Shown here: positions 48,505-57,212 of the stretch, piece after piece
Layout of the letters: the number at the start of each line of letters is the position of its first letter
Position numbering within the stretch: position 1 is the stretch's first letter
DNA from: a virus
Taxonomy: Duplodnaviria > Caudoviricetes
Virus record (IMG/VR): IMGVR_UViG_3300017706_002546
Span: 1 to 57,212 of that record
Length of the DNA stretch: 57,212 bases
Direction: 5' to 3' (one strand)
The notes under the pieces: model-generated
Databases searched by the model: none
What the model was told of the DNA's origin: nothing
Seen by the model: only the letters and a program-made list of their open reading frames with translations
Position numbers and translations under genes: made by a program

Positions 48505-48993
48505 TTAACCACCTACGTTCAAATTAATTTCGAGCCCGAGTAAAGGACTATTAAATTTAGGAATTGTGTATTGAATTCTGATGCTGACTTTTGCAACACC
48601 AAATCTATTTAAATCTTTTTTTTCATTAACATCTACGATATTGCTGTCAATACTTTGTATTGCTATCGTAGGAATATACTCTTGTGTGGCTTGGATAATT
48701 GACTCAGATATTATTTCTTCAAACTGTGGTGAATTGCTGTACTCATAAACTAATGCAGTTAAATTGGCACCAAAATTAAATCGACCTAACCTTTCACCTT
48801 TGTTTGTCATCATTAAATTTCTAAAATTATCAGATAACTGCCTGATTGGGTTTTTATGAGTTTTAAACTCATTGTTTTCTAAAGCCAAGGGTGTCTTTAT
48901 GCCTATTGGCCTTAAATGAGTCTTTTTTGTCGTAAAACGTCTATCTGACGTTCTAACACCACTACTTTTAAAATTAAACTGAGAGCTTGACAT
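48505..48993 (-). CDS. gp25: Baseplate wedge protein gp25/GPW-like
   Basis: NFRNLMMTNKGERL..NFGANL..LVYE. Confidence 0.88.
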   Translation of the reverse strand: MSSSQFNFKSSGVRTSDRRFTTKKTHLRPIGIKTPLALENNEFKTHKNPIRQLSDNFRNLMMTNKGERLGRFNFGANLTALVYEYSNSPQFEEIISESIIQATQEYIPTIAIQSIDSNIVDVNEKKDLNRFGVAKVSIRIQYTIPKFNSPLLGLEINLNVGG

Positions 48994-49020
48994 ATTGCTT
49001 CCTTTTTATTACTATATATA

Positions 49021-50520
49021 TCATTCTCCAAAAATTTTAGATGATGCTAATAATTCTACGTTAATTTTTGCTTCGATTAATCCTTCAACGACGCTTGTTG
49101 CGGCGGCAGGATCCCCAGCTATAGACCCGGGCAAGTTTTCTATAATTAAAATTAACCCATCAATAGTATCTTTAAGTTTTGAATGGATTACGTAAGGCTC
49201 GCTTTCGTCAAAACTAGGAGTGACTGACTTTAGATATACTTTGCCTGAGCCTTTAATGTTGATGTTTCCTTCTTCGTCTAAATCAATAAAAGATTGACCA
49301 CTTAAATTACTAACCCTAGTAGATTTTTTACCGATAACTCTTGTGTTCTCATAAGAAAAAAGAGCAGCAGATGCACCTTTCTTTGTCTCTAGATCAAATG
49401 AATTCTCAAAAATCTTATCAATATTGCAATTTGATGACATGTACAACCTGTTTGACACATTCATTATCTCATTTTCATCGTCAGTTATTTCTTTATTGCT
49501 AGCTAAAAAATCGCCGGAAGTAATATCAGCAGTCTTATTAATTTCATAATGTTCATACTTAGGGTTATCACACTTGTTTCTGATTAAATTTAAGCGGTCA
49601 GTCTTTATTTCATCTCCACCAAGCTTATTAGATGCATCCTCAATTAAGTCTGTATACTTTCTATGTACAAATATATCAATCGCAGGAGAAGAAGGTTGGC
49701 GAAAGCTCACTACATCTTTTTCGTCAGTTTTATCAGTCATTCCAGTAGGTTTTGACCTCTCATCGTCACTAATTTCAAACTTTTCTGTTGTTATATGTAT
49801 GCCTGCGTTATTTGACCCTTGAATTAACAAATCGTCGCATTTTTTTAAAACTCTTGGTACAGGCTCTCCTGTGTGCTCTTCTAAAAATGCTTTTGAGTTT
49901 AAAAATATATCTGCATAATTTAAATTTCTAGGTAAATTACTACTTGGTATTTTGTCAAAAGTATGCAAGGCAACTGCATCTTCTACTGATATTGTTATTG
50001 CATTGCCTTGATTTTTAATGCTAGTATACGTATCAACAATATCAACGCTTCTTTCGTGACTTGTATAATTTAAATCTTCTGTTTGAATTACACCCGCCTT
50101 TCTACACATCCAGTGGTAGTACTTTACGCCCTTTAAGTCTTCTTCTATTAACCAAACATACTCCCCTGGTTTAAGAGGTAACGAAAAGTGTGATGGAAAA
50201 AAAGGATAGGCAACGATAGCCTTATCACCATCTGACCCTCTATTGTCATCTACTAATTGGACAATTATTGAGTTCATAGGCATATTATCTAAAAGAGGAT
50301 AGTTTTTAATTATACTTCTGTCTAAACTTAAACCTGAACCTTGTTCACCTTGATTTAGATAGGTATATGGATCAGATATGACTTCTCTAACAATGCCTGA
50401 CAAGAAATTATAATTTACATTTCTTTGAAATTCTGCATCAATTGTTGATGAGACTCTGTTGCCAATTGCTACACTTGCTCTATTTTTTGCAAATCTTGGC
50501 CTATCTCCTTTTTGTGACAT
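49021..50520 (-). CDS. Baseplate hub/central spike, gp5/gpV-like, without a recognisable lysozyme domain
   Basis: AYP..LP.KPGEYVWLI (OB-fold-like), DLLIQGSNNAGI and IDLDEEGNINIKG; upstream of gp25. Confidence 0.55.
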   Translation of the reverse strand: MSQKGDRPRFAKNRASVAIGNRVSSTIDAEFQRNVNYNFLSGIVREVISDPYTYLNQGEQGSGLSLDRSIIKNYPLLDNMPMNSIIVQLVDDNRGSDGDKAIVAYPFFPSHFSLPLKPGEYVWLIEEDLKGVKYYHWMCRKAGVIQTEDLNYTSHERSVDIVDTYTSIKNQGNAITISVEDAVALHTFDKIPSSNLPRNLNYADIFLNSKAFLEEHTGEPVPRVLKKCDDLLIQGSNNAGIHITTEKFEISDDERSKPTGMTDKTDEKDVVSFRQPSSPAIDIFVHRKYTDLIEDASNKLGGDEIKTDRLNLIRNKCDNPKYEHYEINKTADITSGDFLASNKEITDDENEIMNVSNRLYMSSNCNIDKIFENSFDLETKKGASAALFSYENTRVIGKKSTRVSNLSGQSFIDLDEEGNINIKGSGKVYLKSVTPSFDESEPYVIHSKLKDTIDGLILIIENLPGSIAGDPAAATSVVEGLIEAKINVELLASSKIFGE

Positions 50521-50521
50521 C

Positions 50522-50860
50522 CTACCCTTCTATTGAATCAAATATTGAACTAGGGTTTACAATTTCTTCCCTAGCTTGCTCTTTAGCAATTAACTCGGCC
50601 AGCCTAAGTATTTGGTCGTTGCACTTTGACATTCTTTCTAAGTATTTTGTTATTAAGACTCCGTGAGTTGAGTGGTTGCCTGGATGTCCTGGAATTGTCA
50701 ATAAAAGGTCGTTTACTAATATTGATGCACTTTCTCTGTCTTCTAATGCGTTTTGATATGCCTCTCTCCATAAAAGCTTTTTCTTGTCTTCTGTGTTCCC
50801 TAAGGTATCGAGTAGATCAGCAAAATCTTTAATTTTTTCTTCACTTGAATTTTTAGACAC
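50522..50860 (-). CDS. Small helical protein, possible terminase small subunit
   Basis: 112 aa, two long predicted helices, GTG start with GGAG upstream; function speculative. Confidence 0.45.
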   Translation of the reverse strand: MSKNSSEEKIKDFADLLDTLGNTEDKKKLLWREAYQNALEDRESASILVNDLLLTIPGHPGNHSTHGVLITKYLERMSKCNDQILRLAELIAKEQAREEIVNPSSIFDSIEG

Positions 50861-50864
50861 TACT

Positions 50865-51617
50865 TTAATCTCCCATATTAAATAAGTTTTGAAATGATTC
50901 GTTATTTTTCTTGCTATCTCTATAATATTTTCTAATATTTGACATTGAGACTGATAGTTGCTTTGGATTTAATCCTGAGATTTCCCTTAAGTAAACAAAT
51001 ATTGCACGTTTATTTAAAAACTCTAGTTCATCAACTTTATTAAAAAGTGTAATTATTGCACTGATACACTTTTTTTCATTTTCGTTTCTTGCTTTGCACT
51101 GAATTACTTTTAACATTTCGCTTAAAGATTCTTTATCTTCTTTAAATGACATTAGTGCAGGAGGAGAAGGAACGTAGCCAAATCCTTCTATGCTTCTTTT
51201 ATCTTTAGAACTCATACCTGCAACATTATCAATACTTATATGACGATTACTTATCTTGCGTCTCTTATTACTCTGTATTATTAAGAAGTTTTTAGCACAA
51301 ACGTTAAAGTAAGAAAATGCTTTAGCACCCTTGTCCTTGTCAAATTTTTCTAAAGTCTCGTATAAAAAAGAAACAGCGTCAGATTTTAGAACATGAAAGT
51401 ATTGCGGATCGGATGCGAAATTATGTATATAAATTAAATTTTCTACTAGCTTCACAAAAGATTTTCGAATCTGACTTTCATATATCTTTTCCCTTTTCTT
51501 TTGGCATTCTGTTTCTTGATACTTTACTATTGCATCATGTGTTTCTTGCCCAAAGTATAGTTTTCTATCACTGGTCTTCTTTTTTCTCTTTACTGTTTTC
51601 TTCTTCAATTGATTCAC
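50865..51617 (-). CDS. Phage sigma factor, T4 gp55-like late sigma
   Basis: Sigma region-2-like LEKFDKDKGAKAFSYFNVCAKNFLI; N-terminal LYF..ET.DAI.KY; start uncertain. Confidence 0.6.
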   Translation of the reverse strand: MNQLKKKTVKRKKKTSDRKLYFGQETHDAIVKYQETECQKKREKIYESQIRKSFVKLVENLIYIHNFASDPQYFHVLKSDAVSFLYETLEKFDKDKGAKAFSYFNVCAKNFLIIQSNKRRKISNRHISIDNVAGMSSKDKRSIEGFGYVPSPPALMSFKEDKESLSEMLKVIQCKARNENEKKCISAIITLFNKVDELEFLNKRAIFVYLREISGLNPKQLSVSMSNIRKYYRDSKKNNESFQNLFNMGD

Positions 51618-51906
51618 TTTTGACCCCGGCTTGATATGTTAACTTATTTGCTATTTTTAGTATGGCAGCATGACATTCTTTTATTTCAGAAATTACCTGT
51701 CTTATTTCAACAGAATCAAAAAAAACCGGTGTTTGTATTATTTCATTCATCTTTTTATATTTTTTATCAAGTATATCAAGTGACTCTTCTAAACTATCTT
51801 CAACTTTGAAAATAATTACAGAAAATTGATATAACTTGAAGCCCAAATATAGATTTGCTAAGAAAGAAATGCAGCACAATACTATAACTATATATAAAAC
51901 TGTCAT
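51568..51906 (-). CDS. Small protein with an N-terminal transmembrane helix and a coiled coil
   Basis: Hydrophobic VLYIVIVLCCISFLANLYLGF. Confidence 0.65.
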   Translation of the reverse strand: MTVLYIVIVLCCISFLANLYLGFKLYQFSVIIFKVEDSLEESLDILDKKYKKMNEIIQTPVFFDSVEIRQVISEIKECHAAILKIANKLTYQAGVKSESIEEENSKEKKEDQ

Positions 51907-51909
51907 AAT

Positions 51910-53085
51910 TTAAAATATCTCTTGTAAAACTTTATCGTATTTTTGATTAATTGCAGCTGCGTTAAAATTAAGTACAATATCTTTTTTCATTTTTTTTGCC
52001 TTGTCTTTAGCATCTTTGTAGTTATTATATACTTTATTTACTTGATCGATAAAACTGCTTTTTATAGGTTCAGCCCACCTTGTATTTTCTACAAAAATCC
52101 TACCGTCTATTTTTGAATGTGGTAATTGTACTAAGTCGTAATCTACAGGGTAAAAGTAGTCTTTCTTTAAAAACTCTAAATGACCTGACCAGTTTGTTGT
52201 AATAACAGGTAAACCAGAAGCTGCTGATTCAATTAGAGGTAGACCGTATCCTTCGCCTCTAGTAGCAATTGCGAATGCTTTAATTTTAGGATGCTGATAC
52301 ATAGCAGCTATTTCTTCGCTATTAAGATGGCCATGAACAAGATGGATCTTAGGAAATTCTCCTTTTCTAATTTGCGGTATAATACTTTTTAAATACTCAG
52401 TTGTCATATTCTTATCAGATGTTGTACTTTTCCCAAAGTTTGTTTTTATGACAACGCCTGAGCCTTTTTTGTCTTTTAATGCTTCACAAGACCAAGCCAG
52501 AGTATTAATTAGATTTTTTCTATCTGTGTTCATATCTTGACTAGTTAACTGAGCAATAATTAATAGATTCCAGTCTGTGTCAATTGACTTAAATCTTTTA
52601 TCATTTAAAGCCTTCCCAATCGCAGATCGATTTGTTATTTTACCGTTAAATGATTCTGGAACGACGTCAATTGGCGTCGTGATTATTCCTGACCTTTTTA
52701 AGACATTCCTTGTAAACTTAGAAGGTACGATAACTCTATCCATTTTATTGCAATTATCTAACCACGCAGGATTACACTTGTCTGTTTCAACTGCTGCTGT
52801 GACCCCTATGTTCTTTTTTGCCAATGTGTTATCCCATTCATCTGGTAATTGAACCTGGAATGATATATCATAGCTGCCCGCCTCAAGAGGTTTTGAACAG
52901 TTCATAATTTTACCTATGAGGCCATTCTCTCTTTTTTGATCAATTATCCAGGACGTACTTCCCCACTGGAGGCACTCCGCTGTTAGTTCTACGTCTTTTC
53001 TGTTATGCAACCAGCTAAATATCTGTCTAGAATGAACGCCGTATCCACTGTTTGTTAAAAGAGGTGCTCTTAATAATACTTTCAT
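51910..53085 (-). CDS. GT4-family (GT-B) glycosyltransferase; start revised to 53085
   Basis: SGYGVHSR N-terminal loop; EGYGLPLIE (Ex7E) followed by GLPVITT; AAGGA SD. Confidence 0.88.
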   Translation of the reverse strand: MKVLLRAPLLTNSGYGVHSRQIFSWLHNRKDVELTAECLQWGSTSWIIDQKRENGLIGKIMNCSKPLEAGSYDISFQVQLPDEWDNTLAKKNIGVTAAVETDKCNPAWLDNCNKMDRVIVPSKFTRNVLKRSGIITTPIDVVPESFNGKITNRSAIGKALNDKRFKSIDTDWNLLIIAQLTSQDMNTDRKNLINTLAWSCEALKDKKGSGVVIKTNFGKSTTSDKNMTTEYLKSIIPQIRKGEFPKIHLVHGHLNSEEIAAMYQHPKIKAFAIATRGEGYGLPLIESAASGLPVITTNWSGHLEFLKKDYFYPVDYDLVQLPHSKIDGRIFVENTRWAEPIKSSFIDQVNKVYNNYKDAKDKAKKMKKDIVLNFNAAAINQKYDKVLQEIF

Positions 53086-53093
53086 AATGTTCC

Positions 53094-54353
53094 TTAAAGT
53101 GTCTTTATTGTCCAAGTTGATTTATTCTTGTTATTTTTAAAATCTTCAATTGTGTCTATCATTGTTTCATGCCACCGCTTGATGGTGTTTTCATACTTAA
53201 ATTCAAAATTAGCATAAGACTTAACTTTTTGACTAAGTAAAGATTTTTCTTTTTTGTCTAAACTAAAGATTTTGTAAATTCCTTCAGAAAAATTTTCAGC
53301 TGATACGTAGTCTTCATAAATGTACGGTACATTTTGGCTTCCAACCATTGTTTTTAGATCGATATTAAGCGCTACTCCATTGTGCGAACCGTCTCTATGA
53401 TCGACAACTTGTCTTGTCAAGCCACCTGTTTTTGGAGCTATAATAGGTGTACCTGTCATCATTGACTCAAGCGTTGACAACCCAAAACCTTCTGCATATG
53501 AAGTATTTATACAAAAGTCTGATATGTTATACAACACGTTCATTTTATCAAACTCTATTCTTTCCCTAGAAAAGAAAACGTTATCTTGAATATTTAGCAA
53601 TTCAGCTACTCTAAAAAGATTCGGGCCTTCATTGTCGGTTGGTTCTGTGTGCATAATAAGTGTTGCATTGCGGTGGCCGTGTTCATTTTCAATTCTGTCT
53701 AAAAACATCTTCCAAGAAGCCAAAAGATCAGAAGGTCTTTTTCTTTTTGCGTTTCTGTTGACCCAAATACCTACAAAATGATCTTTTCGATCTTCGCCTA
53801 ACAAACTCTTTTTAAATTTTATTTTTTCATTATGGTCTATTGGGTAAAATAGATTGTCAGGTAACGAGTGAGGAATAAAGTTTGTCTTTTCTGGGTATGT
53901 ATCCTTTAACATTGTGTATGTCATATGGCTATGACAATTTATCAGGTCAGTAGATTGATAATACACGTCATTGAATTTTGGATACGGGTAGTTATCCCAT
54001 ACATGCCACCAAACGATAGGGCAGATCTGGTGGATTTCATCTTCAATTTCAAAAAGCCAAGTAAAAAATCTTGGATCTGTGAATATAAAAAGTAAATCAG
54101 GTTTTTCAGTTGCCAAGGTAACTCTAATTAGCTCTTTTGTTCCAAACCCATCGATCGGCTTAATTATAAAATCATCATTTACAACAACTGTTCTGTAGTC
54201 TTGATGTTTTAAAGCTGCGCCAAATTGTCGAAAAGACCAGCAACCTTTCTTTATTAGCCCTTCAATTAAGTGCCTTGTTTGTGTCCCAACCCCGCTTGTT
54301 GATAATGCGTGATCAGAGAGAACTAGGACTTTAAATTTTCCGTCTTCTGTCAT
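53094..54353 (-). CDS. GT4-family (GT-B) glycosyltransferase
   Basis: KVLVLSD..TSGVG, RKRP and EGFGLSTLE (Ex7E) followed by GTPII. Confidence 0.88.
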   Translation of the reverse strand: MTEDGKFKVLVLSDHALSTSGVGTQTRHLIEGLIKKGCWSFRQFGAALKHQDYRTVVVNDDFIIKPIDGFGTKELIRVTLATEKPDLLFIFTDPRFFTWLFEIEDEIHQICPIVWWHVWDNYPYPKFNDVYYQSTDLINCHSHMTYTMLKDTYPEKTNFIPHSLPDNLFYPIDHNEKIKFKKSLLGEDRKDHFVGIWVNRNAKRKRPSDLLASWKMFLDRIENEHGHRNATLIMHTEPTDNEGPNLFRVAELLNIQDNVFFSRERIEFDKMNVLYNISDFCINTSYAEGFGLSTLESMMTGTPIIAPKTGGLTRQVVDHRDGSHNGVALNIDLKTMVGSQNVPYIYEDYVSAENFSEGIYKIFSLDKKEKSLLSQKVKSYANFEFKYENTIKRWHETMIDTIEDFKNNKNKSTWTIKTL

Positions 54354-54438
54354 TATTCACCTTATAATGTTTAATATTTTAGACATAATGCCTTAATGTT
54401 GTTTATAATTTTATACATTAAAAGTATAAAGTAAAAAA

Positions 54439-55287
54439 TTATGTACAGTGTTCTGTCTTATGAAAAGCACAATATTTACAGCTATTTCGATTTTTAAGAT
54501 AGAAACCTTTTCTAACTCCTGATATCATGCTTGTCATTAGTTTTTTACCTCTTTGCATTGTTTTATCGCCAACAGAAACATTTACTAAACTACAAATTTT
54601 TCCAGGCTTAGAACCTCTTTTTAAGAGAACAAACCCACATCTAATGTCTTTTAGAGGTATATTGTGCTTCATTGACCAAAAGTATTTATAAAGAATTAAC
54701 TGGGCTGTCATTCCTAAGTCTTGCTTTTTGTCTCTGTTCCACCCTCTTGGCCCTGCTGTTTTCCAATCTATTATCCAGTAAACATGACCTTTTCCTCTTT
54801 TTTTAGGGACTTTAAGTACTGCGTCAATAAAGCCTTTAAACATCAGAGGCTTTTCAATTTCAGGTATGTTTTCATATAATGATTCTTCTGCATTAAAACA
54901 TTCCCACCCAGGGAATTCTTTATCTAAAAAAACAAGCAAGTCTCCCCATGTATTTTTAGCCCAAGACTCCCAAATATTTACAGGTTGGTGTTTGTACCAC
55001 CCAGGTTGCTTGCTATACCACTCTGGGTTTTCAAAATCTGCCTTTTTCCAAGCATATTTCATTTCTGTTAATATTTTTTCTTCATCGACTATTTTAGTTT
55101 CAATTAAGCTTTCACACCCTTCGTGGACTGCTGTACCAAAATGAAGATAAGGTGAGTCTTGAAATTTGTCAATTTTATCAACGTATAATAACTTATGCCT
55201 AAAAGCACACTCTTTCCAGTTTTTTATTTCAGAAAAAGAAATGTGAGGCTTGTTTGTTGGAAACTCTATGTCTTTAAGATTTGTCAT
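54439..55287 (-). CDS. PD-(D/E)XK nuclease, Cas4/AddB-like with Fe-S staple cysteines
   Basis: ISFS..W.EC, FGTAVH, GFID, IIDWKT, QLILY and C-terminal CKYC..C. Confidence 0.85.
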   Translation of the reverse strand: MTNLKDIEFPTNKPHISFSEIKNWKECAFRHKLLYVDKIDKFQDSPYLHFGTAVHEGCESLIETKIVDEEKILTEMKYAWKKADFENPEWYSKQPGWYKHQPVNIWESWAKNTWGDLLVFLDKEFPGWECFNAEESLYENIPEIEKPLMFKGFIDAVLKVPKKRGKGHVYWIIDWKTAGPRGWNRDKKQDLGMTAQLILYKYFWSMKHNIPLKDIRCGFVLLKRGSKPGKICSLVNVSVGDKTMQRGKKLMTSMISGVRKGFYLKNRNSCKYCAFHKTEHCT

Positions 55288-55700
55288 TTTTTATCCATTA
55301 GCTTTTCTACCAGCCAAGAAGAAGACTGGGGTTTTTCTTTGCCACCAATTGACCAAAGCATTTGTATGTTCATTGAGTCGCATATTTTCATTTCAGGTGT
55401 ATTGTCTTTTTTCCTGTCTCCGCCGTTTGCAAAAGCGTCAGGTTTGATTGTTTGGAGTGCGTCACAAGCAGTATTGTCTCTGTCTTCAAATGAAACAACT
55501 CTTGAAACAGACTCAAATTGTTGTATTAATTCTGCTCTTTCTTCCCAAGTCATAAAAACATAGCCTTTTTTTCGCATAAGCCATTCATCAGAGTTAAGAG
55601 CAACAACTACTTCACCCCATTCTGCTGCCTCAGTAAACATTCTTGTGTGACCAATGTGAGGAGGGTCAAAACCGCCCGACACCATTATAACTTTTTTCAT
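55284..55700 (-). CDS. HIGH-motif cytidylyl/adenylyltransferase (RfaE2/GCT/RibL-like)
   Basis: SGGFDPPHIGH, VALNSD, FANGGDR and SSS C-terminal motif. Confidence 0.88.
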   Translation of the reverse strand: MKKVIMVSGGFDPPHIGHTRMFTEAAEWGEVVVALNSDEWLMRKKGYVFMTWEERAELIQQFESVSRVVSFEDRDNTACDALQTIKPDAFANGGDRKKDNTPEMKICDSMNIQMLWSIGGKEKPQSSSWLVEKLMDKK

Positions 55701-55725
55701 TTAAGCAATCTCCTTTTAATATAAT

Positions 55726-55754
55726 ATTATAACAAATAATTTTGACAATTACAA
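55726..55754 (-). promoter_or_regulatory. Sigma70-like early promoter
   Basis: TTGTAA-N17-TATAAT with TGn, directly after the ahcY terminator. Confidence 0.65.
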
Positions 55755-55759
55755 ATAAT

Positions 55760-55783
55760 AAAAATGCTGCCTAAAGGCAGCAT
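55760..55783 (-). terminator. Intrinsic terminator of ahcY
   Basis: ATGCTGCC-TTTA-GGCAGCAT 8-bp stem followed by a T tract, about 33 nt after the ahcY stop. Confidence 0.8.
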
Positions 55784-55816
55784 AGTTATTTAGTCAGAAT
55801 TTAATAATACTAGTTG

Positions 55817-57169
55817 TTAGTATCGGTATGATTTATCTTTAAACGGGCCTTCTTTTTCCACGCCAATATACTTAGCTTGTTTGTCGTTTAAGTTTGTTAA
55901 GGATGCACCTAAGTGATTAAGATGTAATCTTGCAACTTCTTCGTCAAGCTTTTTAGGTAGAACATAAACTTTATCTTCGTATTTTTCAGAATCATTCCAC
56001 AGTTCAATTTGTGCTAAAACTTGGTTAGTAAAAGAACAAGACATTACAAAGCTTGGGTGCCCTGTTGCGCATCCTAAATTTACTAATCGACCTTGTGCCA
56101 ATAAAATAATATTTTTCTCTCTATGACCAAACTGTCTTGTGTCTTTAACTCTGTACATATCAACTAAAGGTTTAATGTTTGTTCTTTCACAATTTTCATT
56201 TAACCAAGCTACGTTAATCTCATTGTCAAAGTGGCCAATATTACATACAATTGCGTTATCTTTCATCCAACCAAAATGTTTTTGTGTAATCACATCGCAG
56301 TTTCCAGTTGCTGTTACAATAATGTCACCTTCGCAAACTGCGTCATCAATGTTCATGACTTGAAATCCATCCATGCAAGCTTGGAGAGCGCAAATAGGAT
56401 CAATTTCTGTCACAATAACACGACAGCCTGCTGACGCTAGTGAAGCGGCTGAACCTTTACCTACATCGCCATACCCAGCAACAACTGCTACTTTACCTGC
56501 CATCATAATGTCAGTCGCTCTTCGAATAGCGTCTACACAAGATTCTTTACAGCCATATTTGTTGTCAAACTTAGTTTTAGTAACTGAATCATTAACATTG
56601 ATTGCAGGTACTGGCAGCAAACCTTTTGCTTCGTATTCTTTAAGTCTTAAGACACCTGTTGTTGTTTCTTCTGATATTCCCACAATTCCGATATTAGAGA
56701 CGTTTTCATATTCAAAATAATCCTCATAGTTTTCTATTAAATGTTTTGTTAAATCCCCACCGTCATCTAAGACCATGTTAGGCCAAAAGCCATTTTTGTC
56801 ATTAATGACCGACTCTAGAGCTTGGTCATAATCTGCATCTGTCATGCCTTCCCAAGCAAAAACTGGAATTCCTTTGCTGGCAATGTAAGCAGCGGCATGA
56901 TCTTGTGTTGAATAGATGTTGCATGTCATCCATCTAACTTCCGCTCCTAAAGCTATTAAAGTGTCAATTAGCACTGCAGTTTGTATTGTCATGTGAAGAC
57001 AGCCAGCTATTCTTGCGCCTTTCAAAGGAAACTCTGCTTGTACTCCTGTGTTGTATTTTTGTATGACTGATTTTAAGCCGGGCATTTCATATTTTGCTAG
57101 CTCAACTTCTTTTCTTCCCCATTCTGATAAATTAATGTCAGCTACTTTGTAATCTGTAAAATTTTTCAT
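55817..57169 (-). CDS. ahcY: S-adenosyl-L-homocysteine hydrolase (adenosylhomocysteinase)
   Basis: [73 protein letters not shown] and C-terminal GPFK..YRY; AGGAG SD. Confidence 0.97.
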   Translation of the reverse strand: MKNFTDYKVADINLSEWGRKEVELAKYEMPGLKSVIQKYNTGVQAEFPLKGARIAGCLHMTIQTAVLIDTLIALGAEVRWMTCNIYSTQDHAAAYIASKGIPVFAWEGMTDADYDQALESVINDKNGFWPNMVLDDGGDLTKHLIENYEDYFEYENVSNIGIVGISEETTTGVLRLKEYEAKGLLPVPAINVNDSVTKTKFDNKYGCKESCVDAIRRATDIMMAGKVAVVAGYGDVGKGSAASLASAGCRVIVTEIDPICALQACMDGFQVMNIDDAVCEGDIIVTATGNCDVITQKHFGWMKDNAIVCNIGHFDNEINVAWLNENCERTNIKPLVDMYRVKDTRQFGHREKNIILLAQGRLVNLGCATGHPSFVMSCSFTNQVLAQIELWNDSEKYEDKVYVLPKKLDEEVARLHLNHLGASLTNLNDKQAKYIGVEKEGPFKDKSYRY

Positions 57170-57212
57170 TAATCGACTCCTGTTATATGATTCTTATATT
57201 TTTTTAAATGTG

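Noticed and set aside
54354-54438. Promoter upstream of the glycosyltransferases
   Set aside because: The AT-rich gap has several -10-like hexamers but none fits either motif class cleanly
1-57212. Stop-codon recoding as seen in some large phages
   Set aside because: Conserved genes are full length in the standard code, and TAA, TAG (e.g. 4928, 41673) and TGA (e.g. 11237, 15692, 19259) all end genes at sensible boundaries
1-57212. CRISPR array, tRNA or structured ncRNA
   Set aside because: Intergenic gaps are about 120 nt or less, and I saw no spaced direct repeats or cloverleaf motifs; a covariance-model scan was not run
57170-57212. SAH riboswitch upstream of ahcY
   Set aside because: Only 43 nt of AT-rich leader is visible and it shows no stem; cannot be assessed in this window

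Overview
A 57-kb, AT-rich segment of a large T4-like tailed phage (myovirus/jumbo-phage type). All credible genes lie on the minus strand, are tightly packed and are often TAATG-coupled. In transcription order (right to left) the window holds: (1) an accessory block with intact S-adenosylhomocysteine hydrolase ahcY, a HIGH-motif nucleotidylyltransferase, a Cas4/AddB-like nuclease and two GT4 glycosyltransferases; (2) a gp55-like sigma factor; (3) a ~30-kb baseplate/fibre module with gp5-like, gp25, gp6 and LamG proteins plus several very large orphans; (4) a replication/recombination block with RuvC-like resolvase, primase, a PAP2-phosphatase/Fic fusion, a MoxR AAA plus vWA-metallopeptidase pair and a single-chain SbcD-SbcC; (5) the head module with TerL, portal, prohead protease, scaffold and gp23 capsid. 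I saw no tRNA, rRNA, CRISPR array, intron, intein or stop-codon recoding. The strongest leads are a PAP2-Fic double enzyme that may be capsid-packaged, a marked [S/T]-[G/A/S]-S motif enrichment in a subset of virion proteins next to phage glycosyltransferases (possible virion glycosylation system), an apparently split tail-collar domain, and two promoter classes. All calls come from reading motifs by eye; no database searches were run.
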